A stretch of 64,000 nt of DNA from Clostridia bacterium (GTDB taxonomy: Bacteria > Bacillota > Clostridia > UBA1212), in assembly GCA_017444825.1 (NCBI GenBank), contig JAFSVU010000026.1, positions 86,009-150,008 on the forward strand, read 5' to 3'. Position 1 is the stretch's first letter. Each line of letters opens with the position of its first letter. Positions 29,994 through 40,849 of this stretch are shown piece after piece. The notes under the pieces are model-generated. The model did not search any database. It was not told the origin of the DNA and was given only the letters and a program-made list of their open reading frames with translations. The translations under genes and the position numbers were made by a program.

Positions 29994-32900
29994 TAGTCAT
30001 CATCTCCGTTTGATATTTTACATATAGATCTCACGCGGCAATTGCTGCAGTCCGGTTTCTCCGGAGCACAGTAATGGCCGTTGATCATTCTTGAAATTTT
30101 AGATTTTACACCTAAGCTCACTTTCGATTCAACTCCGCCTTCATCCTTTATGATTCCGGGGTTATCGGAAAGCGACAGTTCCGAAAACGAATGCTTTTGG
30201 CCTGTTGATTCCGGTTCCAGCTGGTCTCCGTAGCAGTAGTACCGGATCTTATCGACTTCGATCTTATCGTCTTGCACAAAACGGTCTTTCAGTGCACTTC
30301 TGACGGCATCCTTGGCCTCTTTGCTTTCAAGAGCAAGAGCATAGATGGGAAGCTGAAGCTTTTCTCCGTTTTCAATATTTGTCGTTTTTATAAAGTAGGA
30401 CTTATAGTCGGTTACAGTGAGTATCACCTTCTCGCCAATGATCTTGGCATCGACCCTGTCAATACTGCCGTTTATCAGTACGTCTATATCTTCCGCCCTG
30501 AATTTAACGCTTGGTATCCTGTATTTGTCACCGAACCGGAGCTCAAAGCTGATAGGGAAGCCGGTCTGGGTTTTTCCGGATATTTCCTTCATATTTTTAA
30601 GTTCAAGAGCAACGGCGTCCTTTGTGAGCAGCGCCATTTCACTGTTTCTCGAGGAATTCTCGATGTATCTCAGCGCATTGGCGTTGTATTCACTGCTTCT
30701 GAATTCGTTGTCCGCCTGCTCCACGTATTCTCGCCAGACAGGTACCTTGTCAAGGTCGCTTTCCGGTCTCTTTAAAGAGTTGATATCCGCATAAGCCTTA
30801 CGTATAGAACCCTCAAGAAGCGCATGGACGTAGGTTCCCATGGTATTTGAATTCAGCTCACCGGTATCACGGGATCTCAGCCCGAGGCAGGTCTCATAGA
30901 AAAACCTGACGTCACATTTGTCAATGGCGTCGAGAGTCGTGGCACCAATGGAAAACTCATCCCCTATATTCATCGCCCTCTTCACGTTTTCGGAATCAAC
31001 TTCCGCACGTCCCCTGATGATGTCTATATTTTTCACCGTCTCCGAGTGTGAAGGAGCGTATATCGTTTCTTTAAGCCCTCCGAAAAGTGACTTAACGGTA
31101 CCCACCGCAGTGGCAGGGATGCATTCGTCCCCGTCACCGCTTGACATTGAGTAGCTGAGGTACAGCAGCTTTCTTGCGCAGGTCAGTATCCTGTAGACAT
31201 TAAACTGGGAAAGAAGGACCCTGTCTACAGAATTATATGCGGTCTTTCCGTTGGCCGATGAGATGGCGTCCCTCTCGTTATCCCCGAGAAAGCTTGAATC
31301 CGGAAGATCACCCGGGAAAGAGCCCATATTCGCGCCAAGGACCATCATAACTTTCTTGTCCATATAACCGGATCTTTCGATATCCCCGATCTGTACAAAA
31401 GCACCCGAGAAGGGTATGGAAGCCGCCTTGATAGAAGCTGCCGCGGACATGAGCACGTCGTCTGTAAGCAATGCGATCCTGTTCTTTCCGCCCTTCACAT
31501 TGCCAAGTACCTCAGAGCATTCGTTCATTATATCGATGAATGCGCTTCTGACTCTAATATAGTCTCTGTCGTCCCTGTTGCCGCTTTCATTCCAAAGAGC
31601 CCCATGGTCATCGGAAGAGGAAACGTTTTTCAGGATAAAATCCGATACCATGTCAAGGACGTCGTTAACCGTACAATAATTACCGTTCCTGTGACGGTAT
31701 CCGTTTTCCTTGTCACTAAACAACCGCAGCAGATCTTCGGCCATCTTTATATATGGCGGATAATCGAACGGGACATCCGCGCCCGGGTTCAAACGTTTTT
31801 TGCTTTTCTCTATAAACCTTTCAAAGGCATCAAAGGTCTGAGCCCTGACACATCCGTACTTTAAAAGCTCATTGTCAAGTACGTCAATATCATCCCTCGA
31901 AAAGTCGCCGTGCCGAATAAGCCCCGTCTTCAGGAGTATCCTGATATTATCTATCACACGCTCTCCGGCAAGAATTTTAAGGAAAGAATCCACAAGCCTT
32001 ATGATCCTGTGGCCGGAATATTCAAGATGAGCATCGATAAAGCATGGAATACCATGGTCTTTAAAAATGGCATTAAAGATATGGTAGTTATCCTTCACGG
32101 AAGGCATTGCAACGGCAATATCGGAGTAAGTATAATCGCCGCCTGCCACAAGTTCATTTATTCTCTTTGCGCATGCTTCGATCTCATGGTAAAAATCAAC
32201 TGCCGAGACTATCTCGACGGAATCCGAAGTAAAGGAATTCCTGCTTCTCAATGGATACGCATATTCCCGGCTAAGTCTATAAAGATCCGCCGAATCAGAA
32301 AACCTGGTGTTCCGATGATCTTTACAGTCAATGGGCCGGGTTTTGCATCCCGGAAACATCTTTACAAGATTCAAATAAGTTCTGTTCGGGATCGAAAAAA
32401 CCGGATTATCCGAATCCTTAAAAACGTAAAACGTGACGGACCTTGCGCGGCCTGCCATCGCGGATAGAAGGATCATTTCCTCGTCTGTAAACCCGCTGAA
32501 ACCGTCAAAGAAAAGGTCCGAGTTTTCAACGCAGCTTGTTCCCTCGCCAATCTGTTTAGCCGCAAGAGGGATGAGTTTTGAAAGCTCGGAATAATCCTTT
32601 GAGGCTTCCTCATATTTCTCAAGGATGATCGATAACTCACTGAGCCTTTGAGGCGTCAGCAGGTCGTCGGGATTTGCTTCACCGTATTTCCGGGCTGCTT
32701 CTTTAAGTATTTCAGTCGTGACGCAGTATTTTTCCAGCTCCGAAACAGTATTTGAAAGCCTTGCGACAGCCGAGGGTCTTTCCGAAACCGATTCAAACAC
32801 AGTCAAACTATCAAGCTCATTAAGTACTTTCAAAAGGATCATTGACCTCATGGTACCGGTCATGGGCCGTTTTATTTTTACATCGCTTTCCGAAAGGATC

Positions 32901-33151
32901 CTGTGTACCAGACGGCCGAAGCTGATGACCTCGCTGCCGATAAGGCCATTGCGGCCATGAGAGCCCTCCTCAGATACAGTCTCAAAAAACTTTTTCTCAG
33001 TCTCGACAGTCATCTGCTCAGGAACTATGAGGAAGGAATTCCTCTCAGGAAACAGAGGATCGCCGCCAAGAGATGCCTTATAAAAATCTCTCACGGCCTT
33101 GTATGTTTTCCCGCTCCCCGCGGGTCCGTATACGATCCTGATGTCAGCCAT
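29993..33151 (-). CDS. addB: AddB/RexB-like ATP-dependent helicase/nuclease subunit B (inactivated helicase plus PD-(D/E)XK nuclease with a C-terminal Fe-S Cys cluster). No addA follows it
   Basis: N-terminal Walker A IVYGPAGSGKTY. C-terminal cysteine cluster HYCAPEKPDCSNCRVRSICK, typical of the AddB nuclease domain. The stop overlaps the metY ATG (TAATG). Confidence 0.7.
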   Translation of the reverse strand: MADIRIVYGPAGSGKTYKAVRDFYKASLGGDPLFPERNSFLIVPEQMTVETEKKFFETVSEEGSHGRNGLIGSEVISFGRLVHRILSESDVKIKRPMTGTMRSMILLKVLNELDSLTVFESVSERPSAVARLSNTVSELEKYCVTTEILKEAARKYGEANPDDLLTPQRLSELSIILEKYEEASKDYSELSKLIPLAAKQIGEGTSCVENSDLFFDGFSGFTDEEMILLSAMAGRARSVTFYVFKDSDNPVFSIPNRTYLNLVKMFPGCKTRPIDCKDHRNTRFSDSADLYRLSREYAYPLRSRNSFTSDSVEIVSAVDFYHEIEACAKRINELVAGGDYTYSDIAVAMPSVKDNYHIFNAIFKDHGIPCFIDAHLEYSGHRIIRLVDSFLKILAGERVIDNIRILLKTGLIRHGDFSRDDIDVLDNELLKYGCVRAQTFDAFERFIEKSKKRLNPGADVPFDYPPYIKMAEDLLRLFSDKENGYRHRNGNYCTVNDVLDMVSDFILKNVSSSDDHGALWNESGNRDDRDYIRVRSAFIDIMNECSEVLGNVKGGKNRIALLTDDVLMSAAASIKAASIPFSGAFVQIGDIERSGYMDKKVMMVLGANMGSFPGDLPDSSFLGDNERDAISSANGKTAYNSVDRVLLSQFNVYRILTCARKLLYLSYSMSSGDGDECIPATAVGTVKSLFGGLKETIYAPSHSETVKNIDIIRGRAEVDSENVKRAMNIGDEFSIGATTLDAIDKCDVRFFYETCLGLRSRDTGELNSNTMGTYVHALLEGSIRKAYADINSLKRPESDLDKVPVWREYVEQADNEFRSSEYNANALRYIENSSRNSEMALLTKDAVALELKNMKEISGKTQTGFPISFELRFGDKYRIPSVKFRAEDIDVLINGSIDRVDAKIIGEKVILTVTDYKSYFIKTTNIENGEKLQLPIYALALESKEAKDAVRSALKDRFVQDDKIEVDKIRYYCYGDQLEPESTGQKHSFSELSLSDNPGIIKDEGGVESKVSLGVKSKISRMINGHYCAPEKPDCSNCRVRSICKISNGDDD

Positions 33152-33201
33152 AGATCCTCACAGAAGTTAAAAATCGAACTCAAAAACCAAATTCACCGAT
33201 T

Positions 33202-34185
33202 TCACTGAAATTCATCGGATATGTTAAACAGTGGACTGCGGTACAGTCTCGCGTCATCAAAAGCCCTCTGCCGTTCCGTCATACTGCCCTCATCCACACC
33301 GGAAAGAGCATCCTCCATTTCATAAAGCTTCGCGTCAATGTCATCCATCTCGTGAAGTATGAACGCCTCCGGAAACTTTGGCGTAACTGAGCTGCCGAAT
33401 TCGGGAACACCGTGATGTGACAATATCATGTGGGTAAGAAGCCTTACAGCTTCCGGATCGATCTCAAGTCTCTTGCCAAAATCCTCGACGATCATCGCGC
33501 CCCTTACGATATGTGTCACCAGATTTCCGTCCACAGACACCTGTTTGATAAGTCCGCTGTCACCAAGTTCATATTCATGGATCTTTCCGATATCATGAAG
33601 AGCTGCGCCGCAAAGAAGCAGGTCCTTATTAAGGAACTTGTAAGCCTGCCATATATAAAAGCACCCTTTTATGACGCCAAGGGTATGGTGCAGAAGCCCG
33701 CCTATCTCAGCATGGTGGAAAGAAATGGCCGCAGGGTATCTGATAAGGTCCTCCTTGTAAGCTTCATATATCGCCAATGTGATCTTTTTAAGATCCGGGT
33801 TTTCGACAAGCTTTTCAATAGTGCCGGTGACCTCCGCATACATCGTAAGGCCGTCCTTGGGGCTTGATTTTACCAGATCCCTCACTGTAACGTCATCGGA
33901 AGGACCTGCTTTTCTTAGGCGCCCAACGTTAAGCATGAGCTTATCGCTGTAAGTTTCAACGACCGCTTCAACAAAAACGATATCGCCCACGAAAAAACCT
34001 TCAAAATCGCCCTTCCCGGGATTCCAGAAGTTTCCTGTGATCTTTCCCGATTTATCCTTGAAAGAGAAAAACAGATAGGGATCGCCGGATTTACGGGTCT
34101 TTGCGGTCACGTTGTCGATGATAAAATAGCATCTGATATGTTCGCCGGACTGAAATTCAGAAATTTTTTGTTGTTCCATTAGCAC
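33202..34185 (-). CDS. yhaM: 3'-5' exoribonuclease YhaM (OB-fold plus HD domain)
   Basis: N-terminal OB fold (GEHIRCYFIIDNVTAKTRKSGDPYLFFSFKDKSGKI) and an HD domain (HHTLGV...LCGAALHDIGKIHE...LSHHG). Confidence 0.8.
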   Translation of the reverse strand: MLMEQQKISEFQSGEHIRCYFIIDNVTAKTRKSGDPYLFFSFKDKSGKITGNFWNPGKGDFEGFFVGDIVFVEAVVETYSDKLMLNVGRLRKAGPSDDVTVRDLVKSSPKDGLTMYAEVTGTIEKLVENPDLKKITLAIYEAYKEDLIRYPAAISFHHAEIGGLLHHTLGVIKGCFYIWQAYKFLNKDLLLCGAALHDIGKIHEYELGDSGLIKQVSVDGNLVTHIVRGAMIVEDFGKRLEIDPEAVRLLTHMILSHHGVPEFGSSVTPKFPEAFILHEMDDIDAKLYEMEDALSGVDEGSMTERQRAFDDARLYRSPLFNISDEFQ

Positions 34186-34297
34186 CCCAATAATTCCAAA
34201 TAGGCAACAGCAGTATGATCATACCGCCGCTGCCTTATTCTGTGCGTCCGGTAAATAAAACTCACCGGAAACGCAGTTCAAATCTTAAGACCGCCTG

Positions 34298-36196
34298 TCA
34301 CCACTTATAATCGGTGTCTTTCCAGTTGAGCTCCTCGGGAGCCTCCACCACGTGCACTACCATTGTGACTACCGTATTGTCGGGACCGATGGTTGCGGTG
34401 ATGGTGGCGTCGCCAATGCCCTTGGCGGCTATCATGCCGTCCTTGCTCACAACTGCGATATTCGTATCGCTGGAAGTATACGTAACAGGGTATTTCTCCG
34501 CGGGAACCATAGCAGGATAGTCCTTATGGGACTCGGTCTTATCGTTATAGCACTCGCCCCAGGTGTCATTGCTGAATTTCACAAGAGCTCTTATCTGGAA
34601 CTTGTGAGTAGCACCGTTGGTCTTACCCTTGTATATCGTAAGCTTCGGTTCCACAGCCTCGGCCGAAACGATCTTCGGGCTGCTGTCACTGTAATTGAAG
34701 TCGGCGGCATAGACGTAGACCTTAAACACTATCTGGAAGCCTTCATACGTGGCCTTGACGGTGGTCTTGCCCTCTTTCAGCGCAGTGATCTTGATACCGT
34801 CAAACTTAATGAGAGACGTGTCGTAATCACTGAACGTGATATTGGCAATGTCGTCGTCCTTGATCTCGTGGCGGCTGATATTGGCGTCTATCCAGTATAC
34901 TCTGAAAGATTCATTAACGTCGCCGATGTGCATCTTAACAAGATGGTCGATGGTCGTGATACCTTCCGGGACGGGATCAGTTTCAGCCGGCCAGAAGCCG
35001 TCCGTAATTAGCACGTTTTTGTCGCTCTTGGGCGTTGAGTGGACCTTCTCGTCCTGGTACGTGGTTATGGTTACGAAATTGAATCTGGTAGCCCATTTTC
35101 CCCAGTTATCGTCACGCCCATCGCAGAAAGCGTAACCAAGCATCAACGTATCCTTGAGCTGGATGTGGCCGTTGGTCCTCTTCGAAATACCCATGTTGTG
35201 GCAGAACTGGGCAATGTTCTTCTTTATAAGCTCACCTTTGATGAAATGGATGCCGTCCTTGGACTCCCAGATCTGTACGCCGCTCTGTGCGGAGAACCTG
35301 TTCATGGTCTGAACTCCCATGAAAAGTCCCGCATCTTCCACGTATACAACGTCAAGCTGATCTCCGCCGGAGCTGGTAAAAGCTCTGCCGTGAAACTTCA
35401 TGGTGGCCGGCCAGTTGGGATCTGTGGCGTCCGCGGTCGCAACGTATTTGTAATCACCCGTGTCGCATGCCCAGGTGTAATAAATATAAAGCGTACCGTC
35501 AAGAACCACGAAGCTGGGCTCGCCTGCGCCCCACTTGTCGTCGGACTCATTGTAATAAACTATCGGCATGGGATCTCCGCCCCAGCCGCTGCCGTTCCAT
35601 TTGTCAAAAGGACCGTCGGGCTTTCTGGATCTGGCAACAAAAACGTTGTTATTGATACCTCCGTTGGTGGAAACTATGGTGGAAGTGTAACCGATGTAAT
35701 AATATCCGCCAAAGTAGATAACGCCGGGGTCACAGACCGAATAATGGTCGTATGAATCGGGTGTGGGCTGGAGAACGAGTTTCTCTTTGGACCAGGTCTT
35801 TCCTCCGTCGTCGGAATGCTTGTATGTGAACCAGTCCCACTCACCGGAAGTTCCGGGTGTGGCAAACCATGCATCCATGGTTCCGTCGGGATAATACATT
35901 ATGCTGGGTCCGTATCTGTAGCCCCATTTTCCTTCAACAGGGGCAAATACGTTAAAGCCCGTGCCTTCCGCATCAATGTGGAAGTGGGTGTTCTCAGCCG
36001 GTGTCACTCTCGGAAGTTCATCCTGAAACTCCCTGGGATCGGGTCCCTCGGGTGTAGGCTCTTCTGTGGGCTGTTCTGTAGGATTATTATTCATAGGATC
36101 GCCTCCCTTATCAGTGTTGCAGGCGGCAAAGCATCCGGCCGCCAGAACCAATATCAGAACCAACGATATCAGTCTCAATATATTACGCATTTTCAA
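34298..36196 (-). CDS. Lipoprotein with a beta-propeller glycoside-hydrolase-like domain (GH43/GH32/BNR fold) and C-terminal Ig-like (Big_2) domains
   Basis: Lipobox LVLAAGCFAAC. W/Y/G/D-rich propeller-like repeats (WDWFTYKHSDDGGKTW; GAGEPSFVVLDGTLYIYYTW). C-terminal beta-sandwich segments TALKEGKTTVKAT and KGIGDATITATIG. Confidence 0.55.
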   Translation of the reverse strand: MKMRNILRLISLVLILVLAAGCFAACNTDKGGDPMNNNPTEQPTEEPTPEGPDPREFQDELPRVTPAENTHFHIDAEGTGFNVFAPVEGKWGYRYGPSIMYYPDGTMDAWFATPGTSGEWDWFTYKHSDDGGKTWSKEKLVLQPTPDSYDHYSVCDPGVIYFGGYYYIGYTSTIVSTNGGINNNVFVARSRKPDGPFDKWNGSGWGGDPMPIVYYNESDDKWGAGEPSFVVLDGTLYIYYTWACDTGDYKYVATADATDPNWPATMKFHGRAFTSSGGDQLDVVYVEDAGLFMGVQTMNRFSAQSGVQIWESKDGIHFIKGELIKKNIAQFCHNMGISKRTNGHIQLKDTLMLGYAFCDGRDDNWGKWATRFNFVTITTYQDEKVHSTPKSDKNVLITDGFWPAETDPVPEGITTIDHLVKMHIGDVNESFRVYWIDANISRHEIKDDDIANITFSDYDTSLIKFDGIKITALKEGKTTVKATYEGFQIVFKVYVYAADFNYSDSSPKIVSAEAVEPKLTIYKGKTNGATHKFQIRALVKFSNDTWGECYNDKTESHKDYPAMVPAEKYPVTYTSSDTNIAVVSKDGMIAAKGIGDATITATIGPDNTVVTMVVHVVEAPEELNWKDTDYKW

Positions 36197-36277
36197 ACCT
36201 CCGCTCCATGTCTTTGATCGGAAAACCGACTGCTCAAATTATACAAAATTAATGAGCCTTGTTCAAGAAAATGATTC

Positions 36278-37240
36278 TCAGTAAAGGAACTCATTGAAGA
36301 TGGAATCCTTGGGTATTTCAAACTCTCTGAACCTGTAAAACAGCTCCGCCACGGAAAGATCAAGGTTCTTCGAGACCAGCTGAAGTTCCTCCTCAGTCAT
36401 CGATTTTGTAAGCTCCAGCATCCTGCCGCAGAGATAGAAAGGCTCGTATGAATAGGACGTATTTATGAAAACGTCGGCATATTTTTTGGCCGGTTTTATG
36501 TAGTCCTCCTCACCCTGTCTGACGCTGGGCCAGAGCTTGCAGGTCCTTAGGACAGAAGCGTTCCTGGTAACAAGATCTCTGTTAGTCCGCCGCATAAACC
36601 TCACCATCTGCGGTGTGAGCCTGAGTTTACTTGACGTTTTTGAAGTATAGGAATTAAACGGGCAGATATAGATCTTAAACTTTATGTCGGCCTTAAACCC
36701 GCCGAAAACCTTGGGGTTCATGCCCTGTATCCCCTCTATGATTAGAACGTCTTTTCCCTTGCGGGTAATGACCGGGCCTGTCTCAAAAGCCCTGCCGGCA
36801 TCGAAATCAAAGGAGGGAAGCCGCGTTTCCTTCCAGGAAATAAATGATTTTATGACGCGTTTGAATTTGGCGATGTCAAAAGCGTCGATCCTCTCGTAAT
36901 CAGCTTCCACAGCATCCTCCGGAATTATACCCAGCCTTTTCTGTCTGCTGAGGTTGTAGGATCTGCTGTGATAAAAATCGTCAAGGGAGATCACGTTGAC
37001 GGATATCCCGGTGCTTCTAATCTTGTCCGCAAGCCTCAGCGAAAAGGTGGTCTTGCCGCTGGCCGAAGGTCCAGCCACAAATATGACGCCAAAGAAACTC
37101 TCGACGTTTTTAGTCTTTGCATCAAGTGTTCTTAAAAGATTCTCGTACTGGAGATTGATGGCGGCCTCACCGGTCCTTATAAGCGAGTCTATACCGGCTC
37201 TCTCAGCGATCTTGTTAAGGTCTTCAATGTATGTGTCCAT
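36278..37240 (-). CDS. Nucleoside/uridine-kinase-family P-loop kinase
   Basis: GVIFVAGPSASGKTTFSLRLA Walker A, followed by the uridine-kinase-like ISLDDFYHSR block. Confidence 0.55.
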   Translation of the reverse strand: MDTYIEDLNKIAERAGIDSLIRTGEAAINLQYENLLRTLDAKTKNVESFFGVIFVAGPSASGKTTFSLRLADKIRSTGISVNVISLDDFYHSRSYNLSRQKRLGIIPEDAVEADYERIDAFDIAKFKRVIKSFISWKETRLPSFDFDAGRAFETGPVITRKGKDVLIIEGIQGMNPKVFGGFKADIKFKIYICPFNSYTSKTSSKLRLTPQMVRFMRRTNRDLVTRNASVLRTCKLWPSVRQGEEDYIKPAKKYADVFINTSYSYEPFYLCGRMLELTKSMTEEELQLVSKNLDLSVAELFYRFREFEIPKDSIFNEFLY

Positions 37241-37267
37241 GATACTATCCTTTCTTGTGGATGACGG

Positions 37268-40200
37268 TTATTCGGTCCTCAGTGCTTTCACCGGATCCTT
37301 GACGGAGGCGATGATCGACGGGAAAAGTCCCGCAACGAACGTAAGCAGCATGCTGATGCAGACAAGCACGGCTGATGCCGCCCACGGGATGACCGCATTG
37401 ATGGTATTTATCCCTGTGAAGAAATGTACTATTGCGTTAATTGGGATACAAAGCAGGTAGGACAATCCTATGCCTATAAGGCCCGACGCAAAGCCTATGA
37501 TCAGGGTCTCGGCAGTGAACACGGTGGAGACATCCTTTTTGGACGCGCCAATGGAACGCAGTATGCCGATCTCCTTGGTTCTTTCCAGAACCGATACGTA
37601 AGTGATGATGCCGATCATGATCGACGATACAAACAGCGAAACGGCGACAAAAGCTATAAGCACGTATGAGATTGCATTGATTATGGTGGTAATACCCGAC
37701 ATCAGTATAGCCACGTAGTCTGTGTAATAGATCTTGTCCTCATCGTCATCCTTGGTGTCGTTGTACTGCTCGATTATTTCGGCGATCTTCTCCTTGTTTT
37801 CAAAGGTGTCCGGATAAATGCCAATGGTCTTCGGCGAAGAGAGATTGAGGACGCCAAGCATATCCAAATTGTCCTTGTAGCTGTTTGGCGAGACCTTGTT
37901 TTCGGTTATGACATTGTAAGCTCTTATAGCCTCTTCGTCGGTCGCATTGGTTACGTATTCGTCAAAGGCGGCGGCAAGCTTTTTGTTTGCTCTGTCGCGG
38001 TCCTGGCCGGCATTTTCGGAATACATTGCGAGCGCCGACTGTTCCAGCGTCCTGTCGTAGACCGTCTCAAGAGCTTCAGGAGAGAGACTCATCAGGTACA
38101 TATACGCCTCTTCCGTACTCATAACGCCAAGCCGGTTCCAGTACATGGCAATGAAGCCCACCTGTTTCTCGACAGTATCTATCTGGGAGGATAAGTAAAG
38201 CTTGATAAGGATAAGTTCTTCCTCGGAGGGCGTCTCGATTATCTCATCGATCTTAGCTTCTGCCTCTTTTGCGAAATTCTCTTTTATAGTCTTCTCCGCA
38301 GTCTCTCTGATCAGCTTAAACAGTTCTTCGTCAGAATATGCGCTTAGGTACTGCTTTATGGCATCCGCCTGTGCCCCGTAAGCCTCGGCAATAAGGGTCT
38401 CCATCTGTTCCCTGGTATCAGCAGAGAGGAACACCTCAAGCTTCTGATTAATGTAATCATCATCCGGAGTCGAAATTATCTTCCTGATTGCTTCCGCTTT
38501 TTCGGCATCCGAAAGAGTGTCCTTAAGGTTTATGAACCCGTTGATCCTGTCCCGGTCGGTTATGCCGGAAATGTCGATGTAGTAAGGCAGGCCGTTAAAT
38601 ATATCGACATTCTCGTTTTCAGATTCAAGAAGACGCTTTACGGAGGCGGATTCATTGGTTTTTGAGATCACGTATTCCGTAAGGAGGTTCGTGTAGCAGA
38701 ACGTAGTGTTTGCGGTAATGGCAGTGGACGTGACGTCAGGATTCGCCCGGATAACTCCGCATATATGAAGAGAAAGACTGTTTCCGGCAATCAGCTGCAG
38801 AAGCGCGTTGTCCTCCTCCGCATTGGAGAAAAGTCCGTCTCCGTCGGGATCCGTATAAAGATCTGACTTAAGAACAAGCTTCATGTCGATCTTGTCAAGG
38901 TCCGCAAAGCTCACTTTGTGTTCTTTGAACTCTACCTCTTTGCCTGACATGGCAGTGGCGATTGCAAGGGAAAGGTCCTCACGGCTCATAATGCCGAGAG
39001 TATAAAAACCCATATCGGGGATCTCATTGTTTTTGTCGACGAGAAGAAGCACGTCCTCTTTGCTGCTGGGCCACTCGCCCCAGATGAGATCATACTGGTC
39101 CTTGATCAGGTCGGATATGGGACTGCCGTCTTTCCCGGGGATAAGTTCGTCCCAGAGCGACATGGAAAATGACGAAGATGACATGGCGGAGCTCATGAAA
39201 CTTATACCCTCTCCAACTCCGGAACCGTTAAGTATACCCATAACGGAGGTACCTCTGTATTCTTCCGACTCGCTGTCCCTGACATAAGTGTTAACGTCAA
39301 TGCCGTAGCCATAATGGATGGTGGTCACAAGACTTCTGATATCCGTTTCGGGATCATCGGAGGTCATTTCCTTGTCGAGCCACTTTTTAAATTCAGTCAG
39401 GTTGTTGGACTTGGAGGAATCCGCGAAAAAGGCATTGAACATGTCATAGGCGCGGGAATTAGAGTAAGCGGTATTCTCCTCTTTCTGTTCCTTTGCTCTC
39501 TCCTCCTGTTTATCCTTTGTTGATCCCAGGGCCGAGGAAAGATCCCGGTGTTCCTCTTCAAGGCTGATCGGATAAGATGACAAAGTCTCTCTCTGCACGT
39601 CATCGATATAGTTCTGAACGCCTGTGGATATCGCCAGTATGAGCGCAATGCCGATGATACCGATACTTCCGGCAAAAGCGGTAATAAACGTCCTGCCCTT
39701 TTTCGTCATTATGTTGTTAAACGAAAGTGAAAGCGCTGTGAAGAAAGACATTGAGGTCTTCTTTTTGCGTCCTTTTGACACTTTAGAATGCTTTTCCCCT
39801 CCGTCCCCCGGAGCTTCATTTACACTGTTATCGAGACGTTCAGGGATACCTCTTCCGGTGTATTCAAATTCCGAATAATCCACATTGACGTCATCTTCCG
39901 TTTGAGCGGCTGGAGCGACATAAGCGGGCTCTGACGAAGGCTCGGAAACCGGAAGCACAAGAGACTCTTTTCCTTTTTTTCTAAGTTTCTCAAACTTTGC
40001 AAGTGCTTTGGCTTCAAAGGATATATCCTCTGTGGAAAGGATGTCAGAAGGAACGTCGTTTCCGGCAGCAGGTTCAGATACAGGCTGTATGTCGGCAGTT
40101 ACATCGGTTTCGGGTAATTTTTCACTTTCGACCGGTGCATAGTCTTCTTCGATCCTGACAGGCCCCTCTTTGGACTCGTTTGCGCCGTCGGATACAACCA

Positions 40201-40849
40201 CGCCGTCTTTTAGCCTGATGATCCTGGTGGAATAAGTCTCGGCAAGGTCCGGATTGTGCGTGACCATAATGATAAGGCGGTCTTTTGAAATCTCTTTCAG
40301 TATCTCCATTATCTGGACGCTGGTCTTACTGTCAAGGGCGCCTGTGGGCTCGTCAGCCAGCAGTATCTCCGGGTCGTTTACGATAGCCCTGGCAATGGCA
40401 ACTCTCTGCATCTGGCCGCCGGACATCTGGTTGGGTTTCTTGTGGACCTGGTCGGAAAGACCCACTTTATCAAGAGCTTCAAGAACTCTTTTCTTTCTTT
40501 CGGATCTTGAAACACCCGCCAATGTGAGCGCAAGTTCAACGTTGGAAAATACGGTCTGGTGAGGGATGAGGTTATAGCTTTGGAAAACAAAACCGACGGA
40601 GTGGTTTCTGTAGGTATCCCAGTCTCTGTCTTTGTAATTCTTTGTGGAAACGCCGCGGATAATGAGATCGCCGCTGTCGTATCTGTCAAGGCCGCCGATG
40701 ACGTTAAGCAGAGTCGTCTTACCGCAGCCCGAAGGACCCAGGATAGACACAAACTCGCTGCTGCCGAATGACATCGATACGTTCTTCAGCGCTTCTGTCA
40801 CACGGTCTCCGACCTTGTATGATTTGCAAATTCCAATAAGCTCAAGCAT
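37268..40849 (-). CDS. Fused ABC transporter: an ATP-binding domain plus an FtsX/MacB-type permease with a large central domain
   Basis: MLELIGICKSY...ILGPSGCGKTTLLNVIGGLD...LSGGQMQRVAIARAIVNDPEILLADEPTGALD. There is a ~700-aa acidic middle region, and a C-terminal FtsX-like 4-TM bundle ending in the KDPVKALRTE motif. The longer ORF start at 40876 adds 9 aa. Confidence 0.8.
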   Translation of the reverse strand: MLELIGICKSYKVGDRVTEALKNVSMSFGSSEFVSILGPSGCGKTTLLNVIGGLDRYDSGDLIIRGVSTKNYKDRDWDTYRNHSVGFVFQSYNLIPHQTVFSNVELALTLAGVSRSERKKRVLEALDKVGLSDQVHKKPNQMSGGQMQRVAIARAIVNDPEILLADEPTGALDSKTSVQIMEILKEISKDRLIIMVTHNPDLAETYSTRIIRLKDGVVVSDGANESKEGPVRIEEDYAPVESEKLPETDVTADIQPVSEPAAGNDVPSDILSTEDISFEAKALAKFEKLRKKGKESLVLPVSEPSSEPAYVAPAAQTEDDVNVDYSEFEYTGRGIPERLDNSVNEAPGDGGEKHSKVSKGRKKKTSMSFFTALSLSFNNIMTKKGRTFITAFAGSIGIIGIALILAISTGVQNYIDDVQRETLSSYPISLEEEHRDLSSALGSTKDKQEERAKEQKEENTAYSNSRAYDMFNAFFADSSKSNNLTEFKKWLDKEMTSDDPETDIRSLVTTIHYGYGIDVNTYVRDSESEEYRGTSVMGILNGSGVGEGISFMSSAMSSSSFSMSLWDELIPGKDGSPISDLIKDQYDLIWGEWPSSKEDVLLLVDKNNEIPDMGFYTLGIMSREDLSLAIATAMSGKEVEFKEHKVSFADLDKIDMKLVLKSDLYTDPDGDGLFSNAEEDNALLQLIAGNSLSLHICGVIRANPDVTSTAITANTTFCYTNLLTEYVISKTNESASVKRLLESENENVDIFNGLPYYIDISGITDRDRINGFINLKDTLSDAEKAEAIRKIISTPDDDYINQKLEVFLSADTREQMETLIAEAYGAQADAIKQYLSAYSDEELFKLIRETAEKTIKENFAKEAEAKIDEIIETPSEEELILIKLYLSSQIDTVEKQVGFIAMYWNRLGVMSTEEAYMYLMSLSPEALETVYDRTLEQSALAMYSENAGQDRDRANKKLAAAFDEYVTNATDEEAIRAYNVITENKVSPNSYKDNLDMLGVLNLSSPKTIGIYPDTFENKEKIAEIIEQYNDTKDDDEDKIYYTDYVAILMSGITTIINAISYVLIAFVAVSLFVSSIMIGIITYVSVLERTKEIGILRSIGASKKDVSTVFTAETLIIGFASGLIGIGLSYLLCIPINAIVHFFTGINTINAVIPWAASAVLVCISMLLTFVAGLFPSIIASVKDPVKALRTE

